A stretch of 63,392 nt of DNA, the filler included, from Chiloscyllium plagiosum (Eukaryota): NCBI RefSeq assembly GCF_004010195.1. It is 5 parts of one record of this genome, joined end to end, with 100 filler letters (N's around TTAATTAATTAA, not from the genome) between each part and the next. Parts side by side here need not be neighbours in the genome. Positions count along the whole stretch, not along the records: positions 1 to 17,167 come from NC_057710.1; positions 17,268 to 28,539 come from NC_057710.1; 3 more parts are not named here. One strand, given 5' to 3'. Of the stretch, positions 13,951 through 26,800 are shown one piece after another. Both the position numbers and the translations under genes were made by a program. The notes beneath the pieces were generated by a model. It was not told the DNA's origin. It was given only the letters and a program-made list of their open reading frames with translations, and searched no databases. Numbering within the stretch: position 1 is the first letter of the stretch; each line of letters begins with the position of its first letter.

Positions 13951-15780
13951 TTTTAAGTATGATTTCTGTAATTTAATATTTTTTCTGTATCTTCATCTTT
14001 TTGAGAGCTTCACATTGCCTAAGCACAATGTTGTCACTGTCAGTCTACCAGTACTTGTTAGCATATTCAGCAGAACTAGACAATTGAAAAGGCTTTTCCA
14101 ATTGGACATGACCATGTTCTGCATAAGTATCAAAGAGGAGGAAGATCAGCAAAAGCAAGATCTGAGAATGAGGACACCACAGTGTTTTTGTTATTGCACA
14201 TATTGATAACGTTGCATTTATCCTTAGTTTACATTTAATGTAGGAATAGAACTGCATGGAAAACCCTGCCATACATTCAATTTGCATGAGAAAAACTCGG
14301 TAAGGTTTTGTCAGAATCTCTCCCAGTGAAATTCAGAGCCAATTAGTAAATAAAATCAAAAGCCCTTGCTACTTTTAAGAACCATCTTTCATTGGTGGTC
14401 TGTGCTGAATGAGATGGTTGCAGAAAGGATCAGAAAGGGAGGATTATTGCAATTGACATTAGCAATGCCTTAACCCACCCATTCCCCATGGAAAGAAGGA
14501 AGAAATCAAACAGAGTTCATGCTCCTGGTTGTTAGCCAATGACCTTTTGCAGTAAACACATCCGTGTAGATATCAGGATCGAATTCAGATGCACTTCTAG
14601 TCTGGACAAATATTCTATTGACAATCACCTTTAAGCTTCATCCAAAAAAATAATCTGACACTTTAGTAATAGACCACACTGCTTGTGTTATTGCTCCTAT
14701 TAATCATGTTGCATTTATCCTTAATAGACATTCAATGTATACATTCTTGCCATACATTCATTTAGTATTAATATTTGTATCTGGCACCAATGAAGCTTTG
14801 AAGCATTTGGAAGTCAATCCTTTTCAATCAGAAGGACAAGAACAAATTTGAGAGAGAAGACATTACTTCAGCAAATTGAAAAAAATATTTAATCAAAGAG
14901 AGGTTTTTAAAAATGTTGAACAGCGCAGTAAGACAAGGCATGTGAAAAAGATTTTTAAAAGTATAAACTTTTCCAAATGAAACTTTCTTAATCGTTTAAA
15001 AAACAAAACACAATAATATGGACTATATGCCTAAACTCAACATTTATTCAGCATTGCCTAGTGGCTGATGCCATTTCAACTGCTGTAGTTCAAACAGTAA
15101 TGTCAAGAACCTCTTCAATAGATGCACTTAACCAGGAGTTTTTTTATTACTGGTTCAATAGGTTTTGCAATTAAGAATGACTGAAAATCACAGTCAGATT
15201 TTCAATGATTTTCACTCACTTCTAAAACGTCAACACTTTTTTTAAATCTGCCACTCAAGAAAAGTACATTTAACTTATATTGTGGATCCATATTTAGAGT
15301 ATAAAGAGGCAGTCAAATGCTATCATAATTATTTTCCCACAGTTTTATTGATTAATTGCTGCCATGCATTTATTATGGGAAAGCTGTGCACAATAGCTGA
15401 GGACATTAACCAAGCTGCACATAGACTAGTTGGTCATTTTGGGAGAGCCCTGGATTAGAATCAACTGCACAGGATTGTAGAATACTAAGATGAACAGAGG
15501 GAAAGATACAGAACTGCATTTCAGAAAAATTAATTAAGAAAATATTATTTAACGTCAGTCATCCTGTGATAAGTACCTCAACATTTCATACCTTTGAAGA
15601 ATCTCCATCAACTTCCATGGCTCAAGTCAGGATTTGATGAGATATTCAGCTCACATCAGGTTGTAAACACATGTGTCAAGAAACACAACAGCAAACATGA
15701 TAGAGCATGCAACGTCCTCAGTGGCTTGGCTGTTTAATTCAATATTTACCACACCTATCTTCAGCACATCATGGTTTAAA

Positions 15781-16530
15781 GAGTCATAGAATTAATCAGC
15801 GTGGGGACAGTCCCTTCAGTCCAACGCCTCCATGTCGATCAGGTTTCCCAAACTAAATTAGTCCCATTTGCCTGCATTTGCTCTATATCCTTCTGAACCT
15901 TTTTTTATCCATGTACCTGTCCAAATGTCTTTTAAATGTTGCAGCTGGAATCACCTCTACCACTTCCTCTGGCAGCTCATTCCATGCATGGACCACCATC
16001 TGCGTGAAAAAGTTACCCCTCACTTCCCTTTTAAATCTTTCCCCTCTCATTTTAAACTCTATCCTGGGGAAAAGACCTTCGCTATTTACCTTATCTGTGC
16101 GTCCTTCATGTTTTTATAAACCTCTATAAAGGCACCCCCCAGCTTCCTCTGGTCCAGGAAAAAAAGTCCCAGCCTACCCAGCCTTTCCTTGTCACTCAAA
16201 CCTTCTAATGTTGGTAACACCATTATAAAGCTTTTCTACACCCTTTCCAATTTAATAATTTCCTTCGTCAGGGTAACCAAAATTGAATGCAGTATTTTTA
16301 AAGTGGCCTCACCAATGTCCTGTACAGCTGCAACATATTGTCCCAATTCCTGTACTCAGTGCTCTGACCAATGAGGCAAGCATGCCAAGTGCTTTCTTCA
16401 CCACCCTGTCTACCTGTGAGGACACTTTCAAGGAACTATGCACCTGCACCCCTCGGTCTCTCTGTTCAACAATGCTCTAGCCTTGTCCCTAGCATTAACT
16501 GTATAAGTCCTGCCTTGGTTTGTCTTTCAG
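15781..16530 (-). mobile_element. CR1 3' fragment
   Basis: Reverse complement of the CR1 ORF2 C-terminus and 3'UTR, starting with the gagtcataga tail. Confidence 0.8.
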
Positions 16531-17167
16531 TGCTACAGCGGGTGCACAGAGAGGGGAGCCGGAAGGTAAGCGGAGACCAGTTTAAATTAATGTTTATCTT
16601 TTCGCAGTCAGTGTTTTTTTTTCAACTAGGAGCGGGAACCCGGAAGAGACACTACACATGTAGTGTCTCCCACCCTCCCTCCTCCTTAGTGTTCTTGTTT
16701 AGGAGACCAAGTGTACTGTTATGGCAGCGCAGGCAGTGGAATGTTCCTCCTGCAGGATGTTTGAGGTAGGGGTGACCACCGATGCTTCTACTGACTTCAC
16801 CTGCAGGAAGTGCAGCCAGCTCCAGCTCCTCACAGACCGCGTTAGGGAACTGGAGCTGGACTTGGATGAACTGAGGATTATTCGAGAGGCTGAGAGGGTG
16901 TAGATAGAAGCTACAGGGACATAGTTACGCCAGAGAACAGAAGTAGCTGGGTGACAGTTAGAGGTGGGAAGGGGAGGAAGCAGACAGTGCAGGGATCCCC
17001 TGTGGTTGTTCCCCACAACAATAAGTATACCGCTTTGGATACTGTTGTGGGGGATGGCCTAGCAGGGGTAAGCTGCAGTGACCGGGTCTCTGGCACGAGG
17101 TCCGGTTCTGAGGCCCAGAAGGGAAAGGGGGAGAGGAGGAGAGCGCTAGTTATAGGAGACTCTATAG
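16531..17167 (+). mobile_element. CR1 5' UTR + ORF1 (zinc finger, coiled coil, start of esterase), cut by an assembly gap
   Basis: MAAQAVECSSCRMFE...FTCRKCSQLQLLTDRVRELELDL and RRALVIGDSI. Confidence 0.8.
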
Positions 17168-17267
17168 NNNNNNNNNNNNNNNNNNNNNNNNNNNNNNNNN
17201 NNNNNNNNNNNTTAATTAATTAANNNNNNNNNNNNNNNNNNNNNNNNNNNNNNNNNNNNNNNNNNNN
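17168..17267. other. Assembly spacer N44-TTAATTAATTAA-N44
   Basis: Identical 100-bp construct at four places; the linker has stop codons in all six frames. Confidence 0.95.
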
Positions 17268-17304
17268 CTAGCTTATCTCTCCATGCTTCAGGCTCTCTGC
17301 CTTT

Positions 17305-17340
17305 ATTCCTGATGAAGGGCTTTTGCCCGAAACGTCGATT
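17305..17340 (+). ncRNA. Minimal hammerhead ribozyme motif in a Penelope terminal repeat (17268-17400)
   Basis: CTGATGA-A-GGGC-TTTT-GCCC-GAAAC-GTC: intact core, 4-bp helix II, palindromic ACGT helix III. Confidence 0.65.
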
Positions 17341-17899
17341 TTGCTGACGCTCCTCGATGCTGCCTGAATTGCTGTGCTTTTCCAGCACCATTGATCCAGA
17401 AGCTGATCAGATTGGACAGCTCTTGTTATTTTTTTTTACCTGCTTCCCTTGGAAGCTTTACAGCTTTACAGCTTTACAGAACATAAAATATGGGAAAGAT
17501 CACCTGCTGCTGCCTGGAAGAACTTCGACATAAATGAATTGGAGGCACTGGTGATCTGGGCTGGTACTGACATTGCTGCTTTTGTGGTGGAATTGAGCTG
17601 CAGCTCTTCAACGTACAGCAGACATATTTCCCCAGCAATCTGCAGCCAATCTCCAGCCTTCTCAGCATTTACAGCTGAAAACATCAAAGTGTGATTGTTC
17701 TGGTCTGTGGACTGGATGATTGGAAATGAGCAAATAGAGAAAAGATGTGTTTGTAATGCCTGGCTCAAAAGTCCCTTACTAGCCTCTAACATGTTCTCAT
17801 CTTCCCTGTACGAATTCCCATTAAGAAATGCTTTGTTCCCCCACAGTGGTAATGCAAATATGACAGTATTACTTGGGAGTGAGGTCAGCAATCTGACTC

Positions 17900-18230
17900 C
17901 TGAGTTTTTCTTTTATTTGTTCATGGGACTTAATAAATGCTGGCCTAGCCAACAATGCCTAACATTCCCTAATTGTTAATAGTCAACCACATTGCTTTGA
18001 AACTGGAGTTACATGTAGGCCAGATCATGTAAGGATGGCATGTTTCATTTTCTAAAGGATATGGAGGATGAGATTGGCTTTTCTTTACAACATTCGACAG
18101 TGCTTGCATGGTCACCATTAAACAAGCTATTTACTGAATTCAGATTTCATCATCTTCCACAGTGGGATTAAAACCCTGTCCTACTGGGTACTGGTCCTGT
18201 GATATTTCCATCTGTTCCACTGCCTCCCCC
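17900..18230 (-). mobile_element. Degenerate SINE sharing its 3' tail with the LINE tails at 46525 and 54795
   Basis: Contains gtcaaccacattgct...catgtaggccag...gtaaggatggca and a tail related to the ccagcatttattgcccatcc LINE end. Confidence 0.45.
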
Positions 18231-18674
18231 CAAACATTTAAATGAAATGGATGAAACCCTTCACAGCATTGAAAGTTCACATGAGGTATAGAACAAAGCT
18301 AACCAGTGCACAGCAGAAGTTCACATATTGCTATTGACACATCTTGGGCTGGAGGAATACACTTGAAGTCATGACTTTAAATTTTTTATAGAAATTTTAA
18401 AAAACTTTAAGAGGAATCGCTTCTTACTGCTCTTCCATCTGACATTCAGTTTTGAAGTAGAAGTATTTTTACTTTCTCATTCAAGTCATGACCCTGACAT
18501 TCCTTGCTTATTAGACCAAAATGATGTCAATGATTTTCCGGCAGAGAACAAATGAACACAACATACCATAATCAATGTTGAGAACAAACCTGACAAATCA
18601 TAATTTTCCTAACTCATTGAATAAAGGTATTCTTATAATCTTGTGTGCCAAGTAAGTTCAGTGCTTCACATTCC

Positions 18675-19120
18675 AGTAGAGTCATACAGCATGGAGACAC
18701 ACCCTTTGGTCCAACTTGTCCACTTCAAGCAAGTTTTTTAAACTAGTCTAGTCCAATTTGCTAGCATTTGGCCCATATCCCTGTAAACACTTCCTATTTG
18801 TGAACCCATTCAGGTCCTTTTGAAATGTTGCAATGGTATTTGCCTCCATCACCCACCTTTGGCAGCTCATTCCATACTTGCATAACTCTTTGCATGAAAA
18901 GGTTGCTCCTTGGATCCTGTTTAAATCTTTCCACTCACACCTTAACCCTATGTCCTATGTAATTTAGGATATCCCCATCCTTGGAAAAAGACATTGGCGA
19001 TTCATCCTATCCATGATCTTCATGATTTTGTAAACCTCTTAGCCTCGGATGCGCCAAGAAAAAAGTCCCTTTATAGCTCAAACTCTCCAGTCCCATCAAC
19101 ATCCTTGTGAATCATAGTTT
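18675..19120 (-). mobile_element. CR1 3' fragment
   Basis: gagtcatacagcatgg tail and antisense ORF2 C-terminal remnant. Confidence 0.75.
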
Positions 19121-20279
19121 CAATCTTATATTCAGCGTTCCACTTTCTTCTGCACAACCTTTTTGTTTTGACCATAATCACAACACAAAATCTTCATAAT
19201 CCTTTGGTGGTCTCATTTTCTGCTATGGTCTGCTTGTTTGGAACTCTGGTCATCCTATCAGGATTAGAAAATCTCACCATTTCTTAGACTCATAAGCATT
19301 TATGGCACAGAAGGAAGCTATTCCATCGACTGTGTCATCACTGGTCAACATAGGTCTGAATGCACTAATCTCATTTTCCAGCACTTGGCCCAAGCCTTGG
19401 AAACCATTATAGAGCAGATGAATTTTTCTCCTATTAGGAAGCTGTCTGCCTGCCATTAGCATCACTAACTTGTATTTTTCGATCACTCGATGTCAGCTTT
19501 ATCTCAGCTCTTGCATCTCATTCATCTGTTGTGTTGTGTCTTTGTCATCATGATACAATTTGACACAAAGAATTTCTGTCGTTCAGTACTCTTTCAGGTG
19601 ACTACACAGTATTTCATATGATAATAATGAACTTACTGGGGTAAAATAGTGTGTCTATCTTACTCAGCTTTTAGTGTCCCAACATTACTTCATCACGTGG
19701 CCTCACATCAGACTGTCTAAGCTCCGTTCAGTAGTCTGTGTAAAATTTTGGACAAGCTTGTTTTCAGCATTATGATCTCAAATCTCCTGTTCAACATTGT
19801 CACTAAGTTGAAATTTTAGAGCTTGTTTTGTGTCCAATGAACAACTCAGCAGGGCTCTTTCCTGTCATAATGTATGGAGTTGCTCTATATATGGTCAACA
19901 ACACCTCCTTTTAGTCTATGCCCTCTGTCTGAGCAATTCTCATCTGTTTCTCTAATGTTGGTTTTGCTGTTCCTCTTCCCATACAGCGCAGGCAGGTTGG
20001 ACTAGTTTAGTTTAGAAACATGGTCAGTGTGGACTGGTTGGCCTGAAGGTCTGTTTCCATGCTGTGTGACTCAATGACTCAATACTATATCCTCCAATGG
20101 TCCAGCTGATGATAATATGTTGCTTATTGATTCTGGTGGACTGGGTCTGCTGACAATAGATCAAGTTTTGTGAATAGTTCAGACAATGCAAACACTGCTT
20201 TCTCTGCCATTGTAGATGTCATTGCTACATATTCATAATAGTGGCGAAAATAGTTAACACCTGTCCATTACCACTGTTA

Positions 20280-21160
20280 GAGATGAACCTAAGATGAAGA
20301 AGATTATCAAAAATTACAAAGAGGTTTTGATCAATTGAGTCAATGGGCTGAGGTGTGGCCGATGGAGTTTAATTTGGATAAATGAGGTATTGCATTTTTG
20401 TAATACAGACAAGGTCAGGACTTATACAATTAATCTTAGTGTCTTGGGTAGTGTTGTAGAACAGAAACCTAGGAGATCAGGAACATAATTCTTTGAAATT
20501 TGTGTCATAAGTAGATGGGGTTGTTAAGCAGATGTTTCGCATGTTTGCTTTCATTGTTGAGACCTTTTGAGTGTAAGAGTTGGGATATCATGTTGAGCTG
20601 TACAGGACATTAGTAAGGCCTCTTGTGGAGTATTGTGGGCAGTTCTGATCGACTTGTTATTATCAAACTGCAGAGGGTTCAGAAAAAGTTCACTTGGATG
20701 TTGCTGGGAATGGAGGATCTGAGACTTAAAAATAGATTGGAAGTTTGAATTGTTTTTTTCACTGGAGCATAAGAAGTGAGTGGTGACCTTCATTGAGGTT
20801 TTAAATCAAGAGAGGTATAGATTAAGGTGAATGACTGAAATCCCCCACCTTTTCCCTGGGGTGGGGGATTTCAAAATTATGGGGCAAATTTTTAAAGTGA
20901 GAGGAGAAAGATTTAAAAAGAACATGAGGGGCAACCTTTTTTACATGGTGTGGTTCTTGTGTGGAATGAACTGCCAGAGAAAATAATGGACGCAGCTACA
21001 GTTACAATGTTTAAAAGACATTTGGATAAGTATTGAATAGGAAAGGTTTGGAGGGGTATGGGCCAAGCGCAGGCAGGTGGGACTAGTTTAGTTTGGGAAC
21101 ATGGTCGGTGTGGATTGGTTGGACTGAAGGTCTGTTTCCATGCTGTATGACTCTATGACT
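20280..21160 (+). mobile_element. CR1 3' fragment inserted into the Gypsy integrase
   Basis: Degenerate ORF2 C-terminus and 3'UTR ending gtatgactctatgactc. Confidence 0.8.
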
Positions 21161-22844
21161 CAATGCTATATCCTCCTATGATCCAGCTGATGATGATATG
21201 CTGCATACTGGTTCTGGGGGTGGACTGGGTCTGCTGACAAGTTGAGATCCATGACATGTTTTGACAAACCATTGTATATCTTTCTTCATTTCTGACTATC
21301 ATATTTTGGTTCCAGGATGGCAGGACTGACATGTGATGAAAGGCTGGATAATCTGGGCTTGAACATTCTAGAAATTAGAAGAATGGGGATATCTCATAGA
21401 AACATATAAAATCCTTATGGGTGTGGACAGGCCAGACACAGGAAGAATGTCCCTGATGTTAGGAACTAGGAGCTACCGTCTAAGAATAATGGATAAGCCA
21501 TTCAGGACTGAGATGAGGAAGAATTTCTTCACTCAGAGTTGTGAACCTCTGGAATTGTCTCCCACAGGAAGCTGTTGGGACCAGTTCATTAGATAAATTC
21601 AAGGACTTTGTCCTTGCAGCTGAAGGGATCAAGGTGTATAGGGAGAAAGCATGAACAAGATATTGCGATTGCATGATCAGTCATGATTATATTAAATATG
21701 TAAGCTTTGCTCCTTGCAAATCACTCCCATGTGACTCTTATGAACTAGCACCAACAGTCTGGATCTGAGATTCTGTGACACCATAAGTCTGTTGCCTCTG
21801 AAAACACACCACCTAAATGTGTATGATTCACCTCAGACAGTGATGCACATCTTTCGCCAATTTCCAACATGGATTCTGTGTTATTTCAAATTCTGGATTT
21901 TGACAGTTCTTCAATCTGTCTAGTTGTCATTGCTCTGGGCAGAGCATCAACTGCCACAAAACTGCATAAATGATTTTGCTTTTTTATAGAGTGATGATCT
22001 GTATGTTTGGTCATTCTTCAGTTTAATGGTCAACAAGTTCTATTCATTCAATACAAATTCAGTTAAGTAAAAATTAAGGAGTTTAGAGAGAATTTCTGAG
22101 ATCGAGTACCTGAAAATGACATTGCTGGAAGTACATTGAAATTCTATTTTGCTATTTATGTTAAGACTTTTTCTGAACTGTTGTTTCATATCTATCTGCT
22201 TTTTTGTGTGGAACAAATTTTTTTTGTGTTTTAGAACATTGGCAGCCTCATGTAAATATGCTTAGTGACCAACCACCATGGTAATCAACTGCAAAAATTA
22301 AATAAGATTAAATAAGCCAGGTTTCATATCAGCTGGGATCCTAACATGATAATAATGCTCACTTCGACATCACTAATGACTACCGGCATTTTTCCGTAAA
22401 TGGTGACAACCAGGAAAAACAAGATTGCTATTTGTGTCTTCACTCCCTGTATCTACTTCAACTCATCCCACGGTTTAATCTCTGACCTGTCACCATCACC
22501 CCCCACCTTCAACTGCTATCACATACCTACTTCCCCCCAGCCCCACCTCCCTCCCATCTCACTTTCCTTTATCTGACTTACTAGGCCTCCGTCTCTGTTC
22601 AGCTTTGTTTCTGCGCACCTTGGGGAAATAGTCTTTGTTCTCAAAACTTGTGCATAACTCTTCCATGGCAGGGATCATTTTCATAGTGTCTACTGTTGCC
22701 ACACTTGAAGCAATCTCTCTGTCTCTGACCTCTGCTGTTTTAAATTTACATGAATCTGGGTTCCATTATGCCTCTTGGTCAAACCTCAGCTTTGTTGTGC
22801 CGATAGCAGGGATGGGACCAATCTCCACGCTATGAAATTGCCCA

Positions 22845-24831
22845 GGAGAAAGTGAGGACGGCAGATGCTGGAGATCATAGTCAAAAAGTGTCTGGCTGGC
22901 ACAGCCAGTCAGGCAGCATCCAAGGAGCAGGAGAGTCAACGTTTCGAGCATAAGCTCTTCATCAGGAACAATGGGGAGATCCAAGGGGGCTGAGAGAAAA
23001 ATGGGAAGGGGTGGGACTGGGGTAGGTACGTGATAGTAGTTGAAGATGGGGGGTTGATGGTAACAGGTCAGAGCAGAGGTTGGAGTGGATAGGTGGGAAA
23101 GAAGATGGACAGATAGGACAGTTCAAGAGAGCAGTACCGAGATAGAGGGTTGGACTTGGGATAAGATGGCAGCAGTGGAGAAGAGGAAAATGATGAAATC
23201 AACATTGATCCCATGTGGTTGAAGTGTCCCAAGGCGGAAGATGAAGCGTTCTTCCTGCAGGTGTGGGATGGCTAGAATCTGGAGGAGGTCGAGGACTTGC
23301 AAGTCCTTGGCAGAGTGGGAAGGGGATTTGAAGTGCTTGGCCACAGGTTGGTGGGGTTGTTTAGTGCATGTGTCCCAGTGATGTTCTCTGAAACATTCTG
23401 CAAGTTGGCATCGTGTCTCGCCAATGTAGAGGAGACCACATCGGGAGCAACGGACACAACAGATGATGTGTGTAGAAGTGCAGGTAAATCTCTGCCAGAT
23501 GTGGAAGGATCCTTGGGGGCCTTGGATGGAGGTGAAGGGGGAGGTATGGGTGCAGGTTTTAGACCTCTTGCTGTGGCAAGGGTGGGTTGGTGGGGGCATG
23601 GACCTAACAAGGGAGTCACGGAGGGAATGGCCTCTGTGGAATGCAGATAGGGTTGGGGAGGGAAATATATCCCTGGTGGTGGGGTCTGTTTGCAGGTGGT
23701 GGAAATAGCAGAGATGATGCATCGTATCCGGAGGTTGGTGGGGTGCAAGGTGAGAACTAGGGAAGTTTCTGTCCTTGTTGCAATTGTAGGGGTGGGGTTC
23801 AAGGGCGGACGTGCAGGAAGTACAGGAGATGCGCTGGAGGGCATACCAGATGGTCTCCTTCTTCAAGGACCGCAATTTCCCCTCCCATGTGGTCACTGAT
23901 GCCCTCCAGTGCATCTCCTTCACTTCCCGCACTTCCGCCCTTGAACACCAACCCTACAATTGCAACAAGGACAGAAACCTTTGGTCCTCACCTTTCATTC
24001 CACTGACTTTCAAATACAATGCTTCATCCTCCGTCATTTCCGCCATCTATAAACAGACCCCACCAGCAAAGACCATTCCCTCCAGGACTCCCTTGTTAGG
24101 TCCATGCCCCCCAACAACCCACCCTCCAATCTTGGCACCTTCCCTTGCCACCACAAGAGGCGTAAAACCTGTGCCAACACCTCCTCCCTCACCTCCATCT
24201 AAGGCCCCAAAGGATCCTTCCACATCCAGCAGAGATCTTCCTGCACCTCCACACACGTTATCTACTGTGTCTATTACTCTCGATGTGGTCTCCTCTACAT
24301 TGGGGAGACAGGACGCTAACTTGCAGGATGTTTCAGAGAACATGTGTAGGACACACACACTAAACAACCCCATCGCTCTGTGGCTGAACACTTCAACTCC
24401 CCCTCCCACTTTGCCAAGGACATGCAAGTCCTGGGCCTCATCTGTTGTCAGATTCTGACCACCTGATGCCTGGAGGAAAAACGCCTAATCTTCCACCTTG
24501 GGACCCTCCAACCACAGGGGATCAATGTTGATTTCATCAGTTTCCTCATCTCCCCTCCCCCCACCTTATCCCAGATCCAATCTTCCAACTTGGCAATGCC
24601 TCTTGAACTGTCCAACCTGTCTATCTTCCTTCCCACCTATCCGCTCCACCCTCCGCTCTGACCTATCAGCATCACCCCCCCACCTNNNNNNNNACCTTCC
24701 CCCTCGGCCCCACACCCCCTCCCATTTATTTTTCAGCCCCCTTTGGGCCTCCCCCACATTCCTGATGAAGACCTTATGCTCCTAGGATGCTATCTGACCG
24801 GTTGTACTTTTTCCAGCACCACATGTTTTGA
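22845..24831. mobile_element. Penelope-like element as a ~2-kb inverted double (minus arm 22845-23844, plus arm 23845-24831) with 15-bp TSD
   Basis: ORF 23123..23932(-) has the GIY-YIG motif CSRCGLLYIGET..LAE.FREH, and the plus arm repeats it. TSD CTATGAAATTGCCCA (22830-22844) versus CTATAAAATTGTCCA (24832-24846). Confidence 0.85.
22935..22968 (-). ncRNA. Minimal hammerhead motif (helix II variant GAGC/GCTC)
   Basis: Minus strand: CTGATGA-A-GAGC-TTAT-GCTC-GAAAC-GTT. Confidence 0.55.
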
Positions 24832-26800
24832 CTATAAAATTGTCCATCTACTGCTTTCAATGCTGTTGCTACATTCAGAGTATCATATAACATTAGTTTG
24901 CCTTTTCCTTCCAGCAGCTTATGCCTCCATGTATCTGACCAGCAATGCTGAATCACCTGATCCATTATTTGACTATTCAGATCAATCACAATATAATTGT
25001 ATCCATCCAATGCCTGGCTCAAGCAAGTCACAAACTGAGTCATTGTTTCTTCTCTTTCTGTCTCATCTGAAGGAAAGCAATAATTTGGAATGTGGAATTT
25101 GGCATTACCACATAAAGGTCCTTCAAATTTTCCACCACACGTTCATAATTTCCTTTTTCCACCATATCTTAAAAGTTTTTCTCATTAAACATCCACAATG
25201 AACAGCAACAAGGGCTGAGACTTTGCTTTCTGTGCCACTGTGACCCTGTCCAAAAAAAAACTGCAACTATCAGTGTGTTCTTCAAAATCCTCCAGACCTG
25301 TTTCTGTTTCATGTTGATGGTATTGGCATCACCCATCAGATTAGACAGCTTCATTCTCTCGAGTGCAGATGTATTGACTTTAGAAAGTCGTAACACAATC
25401 TGAAATTACTTTGTAATTACCTTTGTATTTTTTGTTTGCCCATTGCCAGGATCCTACCTCAGATATAAATAACACACTTGAAATTACAGATTTAGGATTT
25501 TAGACAAAGATTAACAAAGCTTTAATGGAGACTGCTTCTTACTGCAGTTATATGTATTGTTCAACTTTGTGTGTAGCATTCAGTATACTTTCAGATCCTT
25601 ATTTCAACAACTGCGCGTAGTTTTTAATAGTCAAGCCATCACCATGACAACAATTTACTCTACGTCCTTGGCATTTCTTAAATTTGACACCTTCTAATGC
25701 TATGCCAAATGTATTGTTTCTGCATGCGCACTTTTAAAATTAAAAGCAAACTATAAAAGGGGCGGAGCACTGTGCAAATGCCCAAGCATGCCTTTACATG
25801 CCCTATTGTTGCTGATCTCAATGTAATCTGGAGCAAGTGCAGTCAGTAGTATCACTGAGGTGTGCCAGCTGTATTGCTTTCAGTTCCTTATATAAGAACC
25901 AACATTTTTAACACAGCCACAGCCTATATAACAGGTTTAGTAGGATTGTGATCTAACTGAAATTTAGATAATACAAAGTACTGGGTCAGTTGAAAAGACA
26001 TATGAAACCCATGATTCTATAACTGGAAGCATAAAATACAAAAGGAAGGCTTTTGCATGCTAGAATATGATAATGCACTGACTCGAGTCAAATTAGTGTA
26101 TTGTGACTAATTCTGAATACCATACATTAAGGAAGATGTCAAGGCTTTTGAGACCACGCAGAGGAAACTTACGAAAATGGTAATGGGGTTGTGGGGTTTT
26201 ATTCCCACCTTTCCTGGACAATCAGGTTTATTCTGGTTATCAATAACCCAAGGCAGTTCTCCCAATGGGATACACCCAATATTCTTTATTAAATCAAAGT
26301 ACGCTTCAAAAGGTACTGCAAAAATATTACCCATGCAATGCTTACAATCATAAGTAAAACCTCTTTTGCAGACCTACTGGAAGATCAGACCTACTTTGAT
26401 CTGCCTACTTGGTCTCAGCTTCTAGTTGTTGATCAATTAGCCTCCCCAAGCTAGTTAAGGTTTTGTTGTGAGGTGAACCTTTTATGCGCTTTCCAAGTAA
26501 AGAAGCTTTACGTGTGAAGTTTTGACACTATCCCATTTCCAGTAAATGATCAGTTTGACCACTGGCAAACAAGATAAATGAGTCATGTTTTCCATGTTTG
26601 TTCAATTAACTCATTAAGACCTGCTTGCCTGCTTAGAAAGACACTTGTCTCTTGCCCTTAATGAACTTTGACATAACACTTTAGTTTGCCCTTGCTGTTC
26701 ACCACCCTTATGTCATCCAATCAACTGCATTATACTTACACAGCACAAATTTACAAAAACCACAAATTCAGCTGATAAATCGTACAAATCATCACAGCTG

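Larger units (their letters stand above)
19150..25430 (-). mobile_element. Heavily fragmented fossil Gypsy LTR-retrotransposon internal region
   Basis: Minus-strand motifs in correct order: RNase H HTDH (~22005), AVDALPR (ADALSR-like, ~21950), integrase HHCC VHKSHMG (~21745) and VKTCHGSQ (~21260), and core YFRHYYE..MTST (~20245). Interrupted by CR1 and Penelope insertions; outer limits uncertain. Confidence 0.55.

Noticed and set aside
17212..17223. Recurrent palindrome TTAATTAATTAA (also at 28584, 55640 and 61538), resembling homeodomain sites
   Set aside because: Always centred in exactly 44+44 Ns; it is an artificial contig linker.
17466..17891. 141-aa ORF (-) with overlapping ORFs in non-repetitive sequence
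   Set aside because: No recognisable domain, no supported splice partners and no homology motifs.
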